Below, one piece after another: positions 54,501 through 63,086 of a stretch of DNA of 64,000 nucleotides (its first letter is position 1; each line of letters begins with the position of its first letter). The translations under genes were made by a program, and so were the position numbers. The DNA is taken from the NCBI GenBank assembly GCA_002633005.1, contig NMRA01000201.1:503989-567988 (forward strand). The letters are read 5' to 3'. The DNA is from Phoronis australis (Eukaryota > Animalia > Phoronida). The notes beneath the pieces are model-generated. The model made no database searches, was not told the DNA's origin, and saw only the letters and a list, made by a program, of their open reading frames with translations.

Positions 54501-56037
54501 TGTTAAAATCTCCTGGCTACATTCATGTCATTGATGACAGATTGGTGATAGTATGAATCAACGATGTAGACATTTCACTCAACTCAATCATCTTTCGACA
54601 AAATGGGCAGTCTTAAAGATTGATGTCATATAGTTGGTTACTTAGCACGCTAGAACAATGTTGGCTAACTTCAATATATCTCATAAATGACGGATTCACA
54701 TTAAACTTTTAGATACAATGCTTTGTGCTCTGTTCTCCAAAACAGCGCCAGGAATTGTTTTTGAAATGGTTCACTTTTGCACGAAGGGCTATAAAACAAA
54801 GGTGTTCGTAGCCATCTTGTCTTTTGACTTGGTTGTACGAACTTGACTATTTGCATCGTTCAATGATAACGTGCATTATTTTAACTCAAACTCAATAAAT
54901 AGTACTATCAAATATAATTCCTCAAAGAAAAGGAATGATTTGTTGTACTCCAGTAAAACGAAAGATTTCAAAAATATTCGACCGCAGACGCGCCGCCTAC
55001 CGGTGATACAGAATCATGTGCGGAAAGTGCGTCTGTGGTGAAAGGCCTTCTTTTGTTAAACCTATTTTATCGTAATGCTTGAAGAGCCGAAGCATAACAG
55101 CGAGACCGTTGACGGAGTCTGAACGAATGCCAGTTTGCATCAATGAAGCACTTGAATAGTTTTGAAGCATACAAGTATTCGCATGCTCGTCTAATAAACG
55201 TTGATCGCTTGATTAATTAACAAAACATAGACATGGCGAAAAACTTAGGTAGACCATTCGATTTCCTAGAAGACAGTAGCATTTTACAAGACATGATTGA
55301 AAAAAATCAGTCGCTGAATCTTCAATCCATCTCGGAGGTTTTTACTCACCCAATTACGTCCACGGAAAAACAGACAAAACTCAACTTTTTTTAGCTAAAA
55401 GTTAAAAACAAATGACGGCAATTTGAAGCTTGTTTAAGACATGATGAAATTGCATTTAATTGTTCCATGTTCCCATAATATTTCATTTTGCCTGGTGCAG
55501 TCACAAACAATGAGAAATTGCGTAGGCGTTGGAATTGCCAATGTTCGATATACATACACGCAAAACTTCTCATCGTCTTAACATAAAGCTTTGCAGGTTC
55601 CCCTTGTGCATGTACTTGGGTCCTCGTGATGGCAATTAGTTATATTTTGTCACAGTTTAAAGTGAGTGCGACAGGCCACAATTCCTAGGTTTGTTTATGA
55701 ATTACGTCACACCTACGCACATATTTCTTGTATAAGTGTCAACTATTTGTATGTATTTTTAGGCCAACAACCCCAAATTAGTCGCACCGGAAGTGATTTG
55801 AAGATCAACTGGTATCCTACTTTTGTGCACGACGTCACTCTGTGGTACGTAGTATGCATAGGTTTCTCGGAAGGTGCCTGTGACGTACTTCAGCCGCTAG
55901 AAACGACGCAGTCTTACGTAACACTGAATACCAACGAAAGGGGACTGTCTCCTGGGAAAGAAATCTTCGGTGTCATTACAGCAGTGAAACCCTCAGGCAT
56001 TTTCAAACTCACTAAGTTTTCTACAACGCTGCAGTAG
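13529..56037 (+). CDS. Giant secreted multidomain protein (signal peptide-EMI-EGF/Cys-rich-WSC-many FN3/Ig-like repeats), 21 coding exons, about 3,426 aa
   Basis: Manual splice join: 13529-13614,14821-14934,25100-25185,26344-26442,29239-29373,30820-30939,32684-32953,34515-34784,36214-36352,38267-39428,40288-41470,41947-43358,44946-45654,47152-47268,48271-48569,48672-48927,49342-49528,49674-51268,52102-53337,53639-54169,55763-56037. Every junction is pyrimidine-tract AG / GT with matching phase. Total 10,281 nt is divisible by 3 and ends in TAG. No in-frame stop seen. Confidence 0.88.
14453..14502. repeat. (CG)n/(CA)n compound microsatellite
   Basis: Direct reading. Confidence 0.95.
14821..14934 (+). 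CDS. Coding exon 2: EMI domain, N-terminal half
   Basis: ttttcag|A...AG|gtaagt; PSGGVCSYYVQVSYKQSYSEKYYTSCGFFGWDRCTRYR fits the EMI Cys pattern. Confidence 0.88.
15140..16845 (+). mobile_element. Kolobok-like non-autonomous transposon with THAP relic
   Basis: TTAA|AGGAGAATGCCACC ... GGTGGCATTCTCCT|TTAA: perfect 14-bp TIR, TTAA TSD, RR terminus, THAP relic near the left end. Confidence 0.85.
15304..15514 (+). pseudogene. Frameshifted THAP zinc-finger fragment of a transposase
   Basis: MPLYC..CPNY..ISFRLPREPEMLRKWL..RFCGWHFVDSDF matches the THAP C2CH pattern (C..C, P, W, C..HF). Confidence 0.8.
19309..23282 (+). mobile_element. Second 5-bp-TSD (hAT5-like) element, split by a nested insertion
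   Basis: AGTTC|CAGTGG ... CCTATG|AGTTC; both halves align to 8542-9521. Confidence 0.8.
19693..22812. mobile_element. Nested 3.1-kb DNA transposon, PIF/Harbinger-like
   Basis: AAT|GGGGCTATTCGGA ... TCCGAATAGCCCC|AAT: 13-bp perfect TIR and 3-bp TSD; empty site visible at about 8978-8990; interior degenerate with splice-like signals. Confidence 0.8.
25100..25185 (+). CDS. Coding exon 3: EMI domain, C-terminal half
   Basis: ttttag|G...C|gtaag; TKYRVAYKSEVRYKCCTGYKDNGNSYCA contains the EMI CCxGY motif; phase 2 to 1. Confidence 0.88.
26344..26442 (+). CDS. Coding exon 4: EGF-like domain
   Basis: tttgtag|...G|gtaggt; LCFNSFSCPNGGTCAKPDYCTCKIGFYSPRCY, six-Cys EGF pattern; phase 1-1. Confidence 0.9.
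26620..26780 (+). mobile_element. Possible LINE ORF2 C-terminal zinc-knuckle relic
   Basis: LQCCKLGNTQQFLLICGTCNSL resembles the C..C..HFLL.C..L motif of non-LTR ORF2 ends; highly degenerate. Confidence 0.3.
27344..28797 (-). mobile_element. Second, inverted copy of the THAP-bearing Kolobok-like element
   Basis: GGTGGCATTCTCCT|TTAA at 28797; reverse-complement homology of 27463-28797 to 15140-16530; THAP relic about 28420-28633. Left boundary (TTAA 27340-27343) is less certain. Confidence 0.8.
29239..29373 (+). CDS. Coding exon 5: Cys-rich module
   Basis: cctgtag|...A|gtaagt; CPVNDITYCAKMTCDAGPTNKICTECQLHSPSGGAYLLTGNQCL; phase 1-1. Confidence 0.85.
30445..30608. repeat. (TTTG)n + (TG)n/(CG)n compound microsatellite
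   Basis: Direct reading; pure TG run about 30539-30590. Confidence 0.95.
30820..30939 (+). CDS. Coding exon 6: EGF-like Cys-rich module
   Basis: ttttcgcag|...T|gtaatt; KCSWLSYTRCWPGTCNDRGLASSCSCSSGFKVVSGGICQ; phase 1-1. Confidence 0.85.
32684..32953 (+). CDS. Coding exon 7
   Basis: ccttgttccag|...G|gtaagt; ESIFPNLLTC...VITFKHN; open 270-nt exon, phase 1-1. Confidence 0.85.
34515..34784 (+). CDS. Coding exon 8: WSC domain
   Basis: cattatag|...A|gtaagt; GQCFQD..R..TVETCVEACRSKGYKYAGPQYHEQCFCG..ECNTKCRG..MCGGSWRLSIY is a canonical WSC pattern; phase 1-1. Confidence 0.9.
36214..36352 (+). CDS. Coding exon 9
   Basis: gtttcag|...AA|gtaagc; PYKSPYGSLSSCTHSY...IALQNGY; phase 1 to 2 bridges exons 8 and 10 exactly. 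Confidence 0.8.
38267..39428 (+). CDS. Coding exon 10
   Basis: gtttcag|...ACG|gtaagg, inside the 424-aa ORF; first Ig/FN3-like repeats (DSTPP, DSHSG). Confidence 0.9.
40288..41470 (+). CDS. Coding exon 11 (FN3/Ig-like repeats)
   Basis: ttttacag|GTT...ATAG|gtaagc; contains WHGFVDHESGVEFY. Confidence 0.9.
41947..43358 (+). CDS. Coding exon 12 (FN3/Ig-like repeats)
   Basis: gttctag|GT...CAG|gtaaga; overlaps the 474-aa ORF. Confidence 0.9.
44946..45654 (+). CDS. Coding exon 13
   Basis: tctctgcag|GAC...ATTG|gtaagt; phase 0 to 1. Confidence 0.85.
45740..46150 (-). mobile_element. Possible RTE-type LINE 3' relic
   Basis: RRLPR / FLYDVL..R patches resemble the RTE 'RLPK..LYGEL..G.R' motif across frameshifts. 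Confidence 0.3.
47152..47268 (+). CDS. Coding exon 14
   Basis: atctacag|...G|gtgagt; TSAGQKDV...GKEYFVTVD continues the repeat. Confidence 0.87.
48271..48569 (+). CDS. Coding exon 15
   Basis: tttttcag|...AAG|gtacgt; contains WFGFEDSESGIARY. Confidence 0.88.
48672..48927 (+). CDS. Coding exon 16
   Basis: ctgcttag|...G|gtgaat; DSSPPSAGVV...WSGFHDPH. Confidence 0.88.
49342..49528 (+). CDS. Coding exon 17
   Basis: atttcag|...AG|gtaaat; YVVTVEACNSVGLCTTAQSDGVIIDPSPP. Confidence 0.87.
49674..51268 (+). CDS. Coding exon 18 (largest)
   Basis: ctttcacag|...G|gtaagc, inside the 624-aa ORF; several repeats plus a Cys cluster CDVPYCNNDCVCAPVGQKC. Confidence 0.9.
52102..53337 (+). CDS. Coding exon 19
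   Basis: actttcag|...ATAG|gtaaga; overlaps the 426-aa ORF. Confidence 0.9.
53639..54169 (+). CDS. Coding exon 20
   Basis: cttttcag|...G|gtaagt; WRGFRD repeat. Confidence 0.88.
55763..56037 (+). CDS. Coding exon 21 (terminal)
   Basis: atttttag|GC...CAG TAG; last FN3-like repeat, no hydrophobic anchor before the stop. Confidence 0.85.
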
Positions 56038-56119
56038 AATATCGCTAGTGTTGTCATGTGTATCAGCATAATCTCTTGGTAGTAGATGATGCAAATATAC
56101 ATTGTACGTCAATCACCCA

Positions 56120-56265
56120 ATCCTTCCTATCTCTTTCTTTATCTCTCTTCATCCCTACTCCCATGCTCTTCCAAGCCCCCTCCCCTCCCAACCTTCATTC
56201 CTACCACCCTCCTCTCTCCCCTTCTTCTTCTTTCTCTCTGGCTCCCTCTCCGTCTTTACCTCAAT
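56120..56265. repeat. Polypyrimidine low-complexity tract in the presumed 3'UTR
   Basis: Almost all C/T for about 145 nt, starting about 80 nt after the stop. Confidence 0.85.
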
Positions 56266-56360
56266 CCATATATCTAACCTGATATTAAATTTCTCTTTGT
56301 ACAAGTATGTACGCATCTTAATATATGGGTAAATACACGTGCTTCAAGCAGAAAGCAATA

Positions 56361-57467
56361 TGTGACCCACCACCACAAAATGAGTCTTAAGTCGGGATTT
56401 GTCATTTTTTAATTGTTATTTTTTTCTGAAAACGCAGTGTTTTCTGATCATTTTGAGGTATGAAACATGTCCTTATCTTCACAAATGACCGAGTTATTGC
56501 CAATTCTATTCGGGGAAAGCGAAAATTTAGAGCATTCAAAAGTCAAGGAAAATGGCCGACGAAAAGTGCCGACAGTGTCTTTAAAATTTCCATAACAACC
56601 TGCAGTTGAATGCTACATTTCAGACTTATTAGTATGCACAACAACATAAACAAATAAAAGTAATAAAAATTAGAAAAAATATAGACCTTATCATGTAATC
56701 TCAGCCAAAAANNNNNNNNNNNNNNNNNNNNNNNNNNNNNNNNNNNNNNNNNNNNNNNNNNNNNNNNNNNNNNNNNNNNNGCTGTCACGAAATTCCTCCT
56801 TGTCTCAATCAACAAATGTGCTCTGTTGAGTTCAGTTAATTCTCGCTGATCTTGATACGGCAGTCAGAGGCAAGAGTTAATCATTGAGATATCAGCTACA
56901 CAGCGACCAGCCATCTTACTGTCTTGAAAACATGCCGTGACCTAGCTCGCGACCTCACGGTTTCACGCCCACTTAACTAGTTCTAGCGAATGAGGTCAGC
57001 GATGCATTGGGTTAAAAGGTCGTTACTAGCTAAAAGACTGGTGAGTGACACTTCTGTTGAAAATACCCCGAATGCAAAAAGTGAAATAACGACTTATGAT
57101 TGGACGAAAAACTCAAAGAGATTACTACATGCATAATGAGCAGAGTTTGACCTTTCTGTTGATGTGTTTATGAGCGAAATTGGGTCATCGGAAGACTGAT
57201 CAATGAGGACACGAAAACCGGCAAATTTCGATGAAAATTTCACGAGATATGCAGTCGTGGAGAAGGTGATGTTTTTCAAAATGAAATAAATAAGGTTTAA
57301 AATGAAGTTTGATCGGTTTAAAGTATTGTTTTGTGGTGTAGAATGAATAAATAATCATAATCTGCAATAAAAAAATTTGACCTAATTTTAACCGATAGCG
57401 ACTGTTTGCAGTCTTGTCAGGAAATTGAGTTTCCGACTTAAGACTCATTTTGTCGTGGTGGGTCACA
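56361..57467. mobile_element. MITE with 35-bp TIRs
   Basis: TGTGACCCACCACCACAAAATGAGTCTTAAGTCGG and its inverse (1 mismatch). Flanks read as a TA TSD, or as ATAT if the ends are GTGAC..GTCAC. Confidence 0.88.
56712..56780. other. Assembly gap
   Basis: N run. Confidence 1.
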
Positions 57468-58409
57468 TATTCTTCCTTGAATTTCAATCACAACCGAACA
57501 GACAACTCCTGATACACAAAGTGCATGGTGCGCTGATACGGTAGGCCAATTGATAATTTAAGAGCGTTGGCTGTGTAATAGCTATAGTTTGTGTAATAAC
57601 ATTTCTCACATGACATGGTATGCGTTATAACACTACTGGTTAATAACATCGAGTACGTATTGTAAATGGGCAAATCACAAAGTAGTGCAAAACTGAATTT
57701 CACGCGCTTTGCATTTTATCGTCTGCAAAATACAAAACGCGCGTCAAACAAGCAACGCTGGAATTCCGTGAAGGTGACAAGATTATGACTGACAAATCGG
57801 ATGTCCCTATTGTACGTACTAATAGTCGGGAGAACATTCAAACTTCTTCAACGGACCCGCGTCTTCGGCAGCCAATTCCATATCCTCGTTCATTCAAACG
57901 GGAGACAAACTCCAGCTCAAGAAACCCGGTGAGACTGTCTAGCTGTGCTGTCTCAATGTCATTTCAGTGCTCACGCGCCGGGAAGCCTTGCTGACTGTTA
58001 TTTATAAACATTTTTAAGTTTTAGTATTACAAAATAAAAGACTATTAAATTCTAACTTGAATATTTGTTACGAAAGCTAAATTTAATTTAAAACTATTAA
58101 CAAAAACTAACTGAGTTTACTTTACATTGTGCAAACATGTTTTTACAAAATTTGCGTCATGCGGTTCAAAGTTATAGACACGTCGAGTTTTTCGGCCAAA
58201 AATATCGTTTTTACGGAAAATATTGTTTGCGAGATACCTCAAAAAGTATACGTGGGTGACAAAATGCAGGATTGAAATCATGAGACTGCCAGGCATTCAC
58301 TTGCACTTGCCGCAAAATGTCTCTTCTTATAGAACGGAAACTATGAATTCAATCTCACAATTCAACTATCCAACCATACCGACTAATCACTTCAGTGGCC
58401 GCCATGTTG

Positions 58410-61400
58410 CTTGAAATCGCCGTTGCTTTCTTTCTATTAAACGTCAAAGGTCACATTTTCCCAACTAGGGAAATGTGCCTTGTCTACGTCTTGCCGTAAC
58501 AAATAATAATGTGGACAAAATCGACGAATTTGAAAACAATGTAAAAGTCGTTTTTAAACTTGAAATTCGACCAAACTGTGGGTGAAAAGTTTGACCAATG
58601 TTTTACTGGCAGAGAAGCACTTATAATGAATGATGCGATTTAGTCTTTACAGGTTCTACGTGACCTTAGAGTAACGCAGTTGTAATTACCTACATGAACT
58701 GGCGCCCGTTTCATGAAAACAAACTTAAGATTTAAGACCAAACGTTTACAAGACAAAATGTTTTTCCCCCCTCCCCCTTATGATATTCTAGATCCGCCGC
58801 ATTAATCGCCCAGAGTCTATTTGTGGTCACCATGAGTCTGCAATCCTTCAAGCGTATCTGCGTTCATAAATGATTGCAGCGCAGTGAATTAATTATCGGG
58901 TTGTTCTATTCGGAAAATTTACTTTCACCTGGGAACACAACTCAGTCACTTGCCGGTACACTGTATTCGTGTAAAACCAACATAGGTGTAATTTTGTAAA
59001 CTCAAAGGCAGAATTCCTGCGACTCAACTTTCATCACCAGGTGAAAATAAGATAACATATTACACATGGAGATGAAATCTTTAGTCACACTCAGACTCGC
59101 CAAAATTTCGCCGTCTCTCAAGTGCAGTTTTAATCTAATATTTTCAACTCTGCACCCAGTGAAGACCGACTAACCCTTTTAAAGCTCGGTACAAACCCCT
59201 GGTTGATTTGCGCGAGCACATGCATACTTTATAGCAGTCTGTGGTTGGTTATACTCTACTGAATAAACCAAAGCCTTTGCCATAGGAAAATGGTATTCAA
59301 ATGGCAATCAAGATTTTGACTTTTTCATAATGAAATTCTTTTCCAGCAATGTCCACGTTTCTACAACTCCCCAGATCTTTTTCTGGTAGTCGTATCAGGT
59401 ACATGTAAATATGTGTAAACCGTGGTAATAATCCGTCTATAAACACAGAAAGGTGTAAATGCTTGATTTTATTCGTGACAGAGTAACACTTATTCATGAA
59501 CGTTGCTACACTATTTAGGTCGTATTCTTTATGTTGCAATTTTTAGTACTGTTCTGGGGTTATGAACAATTGTTTTTTTTTTTGTATTTGGATTACCCTA
59601 CCAGTCCTAATCTGGTTTTAGCGATGCTAGAAATCAGATTCCGGTTTGAATTCTCCGATCTAATAGCTTGCCTTCCTGGTACGGTAACTACTTGTACAAG
59701 CAGATGTTGATACTTCGATCCCCTGGTCAATTAATAAATAAATACCCTCTGCAGCACTCAAATGCACGAATGAAAAGCAATTGACCAAAGCTAAGTCGTG
59801 AAATCCAGACTGAACCTTGCCAAACAACTATGTTTTGTTAGACAAGCGACAAACGCAAGTGATCCAAAACGAACGTAGCTTTTGTGTCTCTCGCAACAAC
59901 AGTGCGTGTATGTTCCGGTTGGTAACCATGATATGCAGTTTTCGTGGGAAATTGTCCATTACTCAGTATTGCATCATGAGGTCTAGATATTAATCTGTTG
60001 AATTACGCCAAACAACTGTTGCGATAAAAGAAATCTTTTTGCAGACGGAATAGCAACTGATCCGACGGCACGCAAAAGATGTATTTCTAAGGTGTTTAGA
60101 TGATCCCAGAAAGCAGAAGCCGAGTAACGATAAACTTTTTGTATTTCGGGGGAGGCTGCGTTTCAGAAAAACGTCACAGTTCTAAAAAGCAAGGTTAATG
60201 CTGTTTTTGTGGCGATTACACCCATAGGGTGATTCTTCACGGGCCATTGTACAATTAGAACGTGAAACTATATTCAGTTGCGACTCGTCCTCATTATGCC
60301 ATAGAGAGTAGTGTGATTCGACGTAGACACCTGACTATCGCCACGGCCGTTGAATCTCTCGGAAAAGCGTTGAACCCGCTTATTGATGTAGTACATAGGC
60401 CGTTTCAGCCTGTTCAGGGTTGAGAAGGGTTGTGGGGCATTATTTTATTTCGAAGACTTTAAAAAATGATTCGACATTTTAAGGGGGCCATGTCTGAAAT
60501 ATATGTAACATTTTGCGAGTCTTCAAAACAAATTAACACACGCCTTCCCTATTTTGTCCATTAACTCCTGGACTACTCTGTCAGTACAAATTAAGAGACA
60601 GTAATAAGTTTTGACGAAGATGCCACCGAGATTTTACCATCAGGGTTCGATCACAGTCTACCACCTCCTGCCAGTTTGGTGAAGATTGCTTGGACTGTCA
60701 ATTGCATAATTCGTCCCGACAAATTAACTGCCGATCCCCTAATTATACGACCGAGACTTCCTTAAACGTACATAACCTGTGTTCTAATTTAAGACTTCCG
60801 AATTCAAACAGTCAAAAAGTACTCAACTTGGCGGCCACAGTCGCCAGATACGTAAAGGGGGTAATACAAAATCCCCTATGTCCCGAACCCCGTACATCCG
60901 ACACAGTTGAAATTTATTTTCGTTGCCACCATTCTTTCCTCTTCTGGTCGATGATGTCCTTTCCCTTCTGACCGTCGCTTCACGTAAACTCCTGTGAGGC
61001 TGGGATGGCATCCTTAATGCGCTGGTGGGACCGTGTGGCTACCAGATTCATAAAAAGATGCCAAAAACGTGAATACGAATAGGATGCGAAAATACATATA
61101 TATGTCGCACACCCGTACGAACAGGATGACATTCTCCTAACTAGAAATGGTCTCAAAGTACGCTGGTCAATAAAACTTTGTAGGGGATTTTCAAATTTGT
61201 ATTTCCGAAGCCGAGCTGAAGTTAAGACTTTAGTGGATAATGATAGAGTGAGTCAGCATAAATAACGAGCAAACACATTTTTTCTCCGATACGGTCGAGT
61301 GTAATACGGCCATGTAATAATGTTTTCCGTATTCACCTCCAGCACTACTTCATCACTGACCTCTGACAAGGAAAGTTCAAAACGTAGGTCAATGTCGATT

Positions 61401-62415
61401 CGACGTCGTTAGCCAGTTCGATCATCAAACTTTCTGAAAAAAGTTTAAAGTAAAATTGCAGCAGTGTAAATAACACTCAACAGTCAATCAGGTCCCAATC
61501 GTAACATCTGGAACAGGACTGTTAATTATATGACTGTACTGTCTCAGTTTTTAATTGCTAAATATCATATCGTCTGCAACTCAGGCGCCGATTCCTCGTT
61601 AACTACCGTGCCAAATATTTTTGTTTAACTATTTTCAGATGTTACAAGTTCAGTGCACACTTACCGTTGTTTTTACGTTTGTTATCTCTTTTCAAATAAT
61701 AAATCGTTACATTTAGAACGGTTTCTTTTACTAGAGAAATCATAAACTAACTCGCAAGTACATGTACATGAAGGATGTGATCTGCCACGTGAACAGTCTG
61801 AGCGAAGTATTTAAGAATATGCCGAAAAAATGAAAGAAACTTAGGAATTCGAAGCGTATGGGATAAATACTAAACGTACCTAGATTGGCGTAGATGAAGT
61901 AATATCCCACTCGACATTATTCCAAGTATTGATACGTGGAATAATGTCGAGTGGGATATTACTTCATGTATCCCTGTCTAGGCACGTTTTATGTATTTAT
62001 TTTAAACTGGGTCAGCCTGACTGAAATGTGTCCATGTAGCTGTACCATGAAGACGTGAGGCCACGCGAGATATCTTCATGTATTACAAGTGAAGCACTTG
62101 ATCACACCAGCTTCCTTCGCAAGATTATTGCGTCTGAGAAGATCAACTCACTACATGTACACAAATAGTGTATTGGGTCTCTCAGAGGAGTTTCTTTAAA
62201 ACACATCCGCGCTAACTTAAATCGAGTTCGTGACGCTGGTTTTATACGATGAAAACTCTCATGAAAAAATGTTCAAACTGCAACAATTCCTTTGGATGGT
62301 TTGAAATCTTGAACTAAGCTCATTCACAAGTGGGCATTCTCTGTTCCAATAGGAGCCACTAAGTTTCCGATAACTGAATCTTATCGTTGATGCATTGTCA
62401 TTGAGTAAAGCTCAG
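58410..62415 (+). repeat. Diverged collinear paralog of about 3520-12785
   Basis: Ordered matching blocks: 3520-3870/58410-58720, 5310-7140/58805-60480, 11200-11240/61162-61200, 12355-12785/62000-62415. Confidence 0.88.
61863..62000. repeat. Palindromic hairpin element
   Basis: Perfect 31-bp arms 61894-61924 and 61937-61967 around a 12-nt loop, extending imperfectly to 61863/62000. Confidence 0.9.
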
Positions 62416-62421
62416 TATTAG

Positions 62422-62998
62422 TGTGGGCGATAGAATAACGCGTCACCTTCGTTTAAAACGTTTTATTCTTGAAGAGACGGTTATCTGCAAACGATAAATA
62501 CAGTTTGTCAAACAACGGAACTAAACAATGTTCTCAAAACGTTACCCAATAGTCAATACGGCTAACACACGGGACTCGAACCCGCATAAGACAAAACCAT
62601 CACAAAGCAGCTGTTACAGTTCAACAATTAAGCACTAGTCGTACAATGTCCAAAAGACCTACATGAATAGACGAAACGTAAAGCCTTAACATAATTACAT
62701 GTACTTACTGGAGTTTTCCGCGTGGCCCAGCTAATAATCTCTCTACAGTGCATCACAACATGTTGAGACCAATATTCGAAATGAGCGCTGTAAATGACTG
62801 CTGAGGCTAAAATCCATCAAAACTGCACTGTGATTGGTTATGTTACAATGGTAGCATCTATTTAGCCAATAAACAATTACCTAGGAGCGGGGGTAGGCAG
62901 CAATTACAATGCACTCTGGAAACGCCCTAAGGTGTACATACAACGCCTCTAGTGGACATAAAGATCCTAAACACACGACTAATGCTCCTGCATTAACA
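62422..62998 (-). mobile_element. Probable 3' LTR of the BEL/Pao element
   Basis: Minus strand polypurine tract GGGGGGAA (63006-62999) followed by TGT. Candidate ACA end at 62422, next to where homology with 12.8 kb stops. Minus-strand AATAAA at about 62462-62467. Confidence 0.55.
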
Positions 62999-63086
62999 TT
63001 CCCCCCGGAAGCATGGCATATGCTTTACAATTACAAATACTAAATAATCAAATACAATCGATCACATAAATGTACGACTTAACAAA

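Noticed and set aside
62571-62585. B-box-like GGGTTCGAGTCCC on the minus strand in the putative LTR
   Set aside because: No matching A box or cloverleaf; not a tRNA gene.
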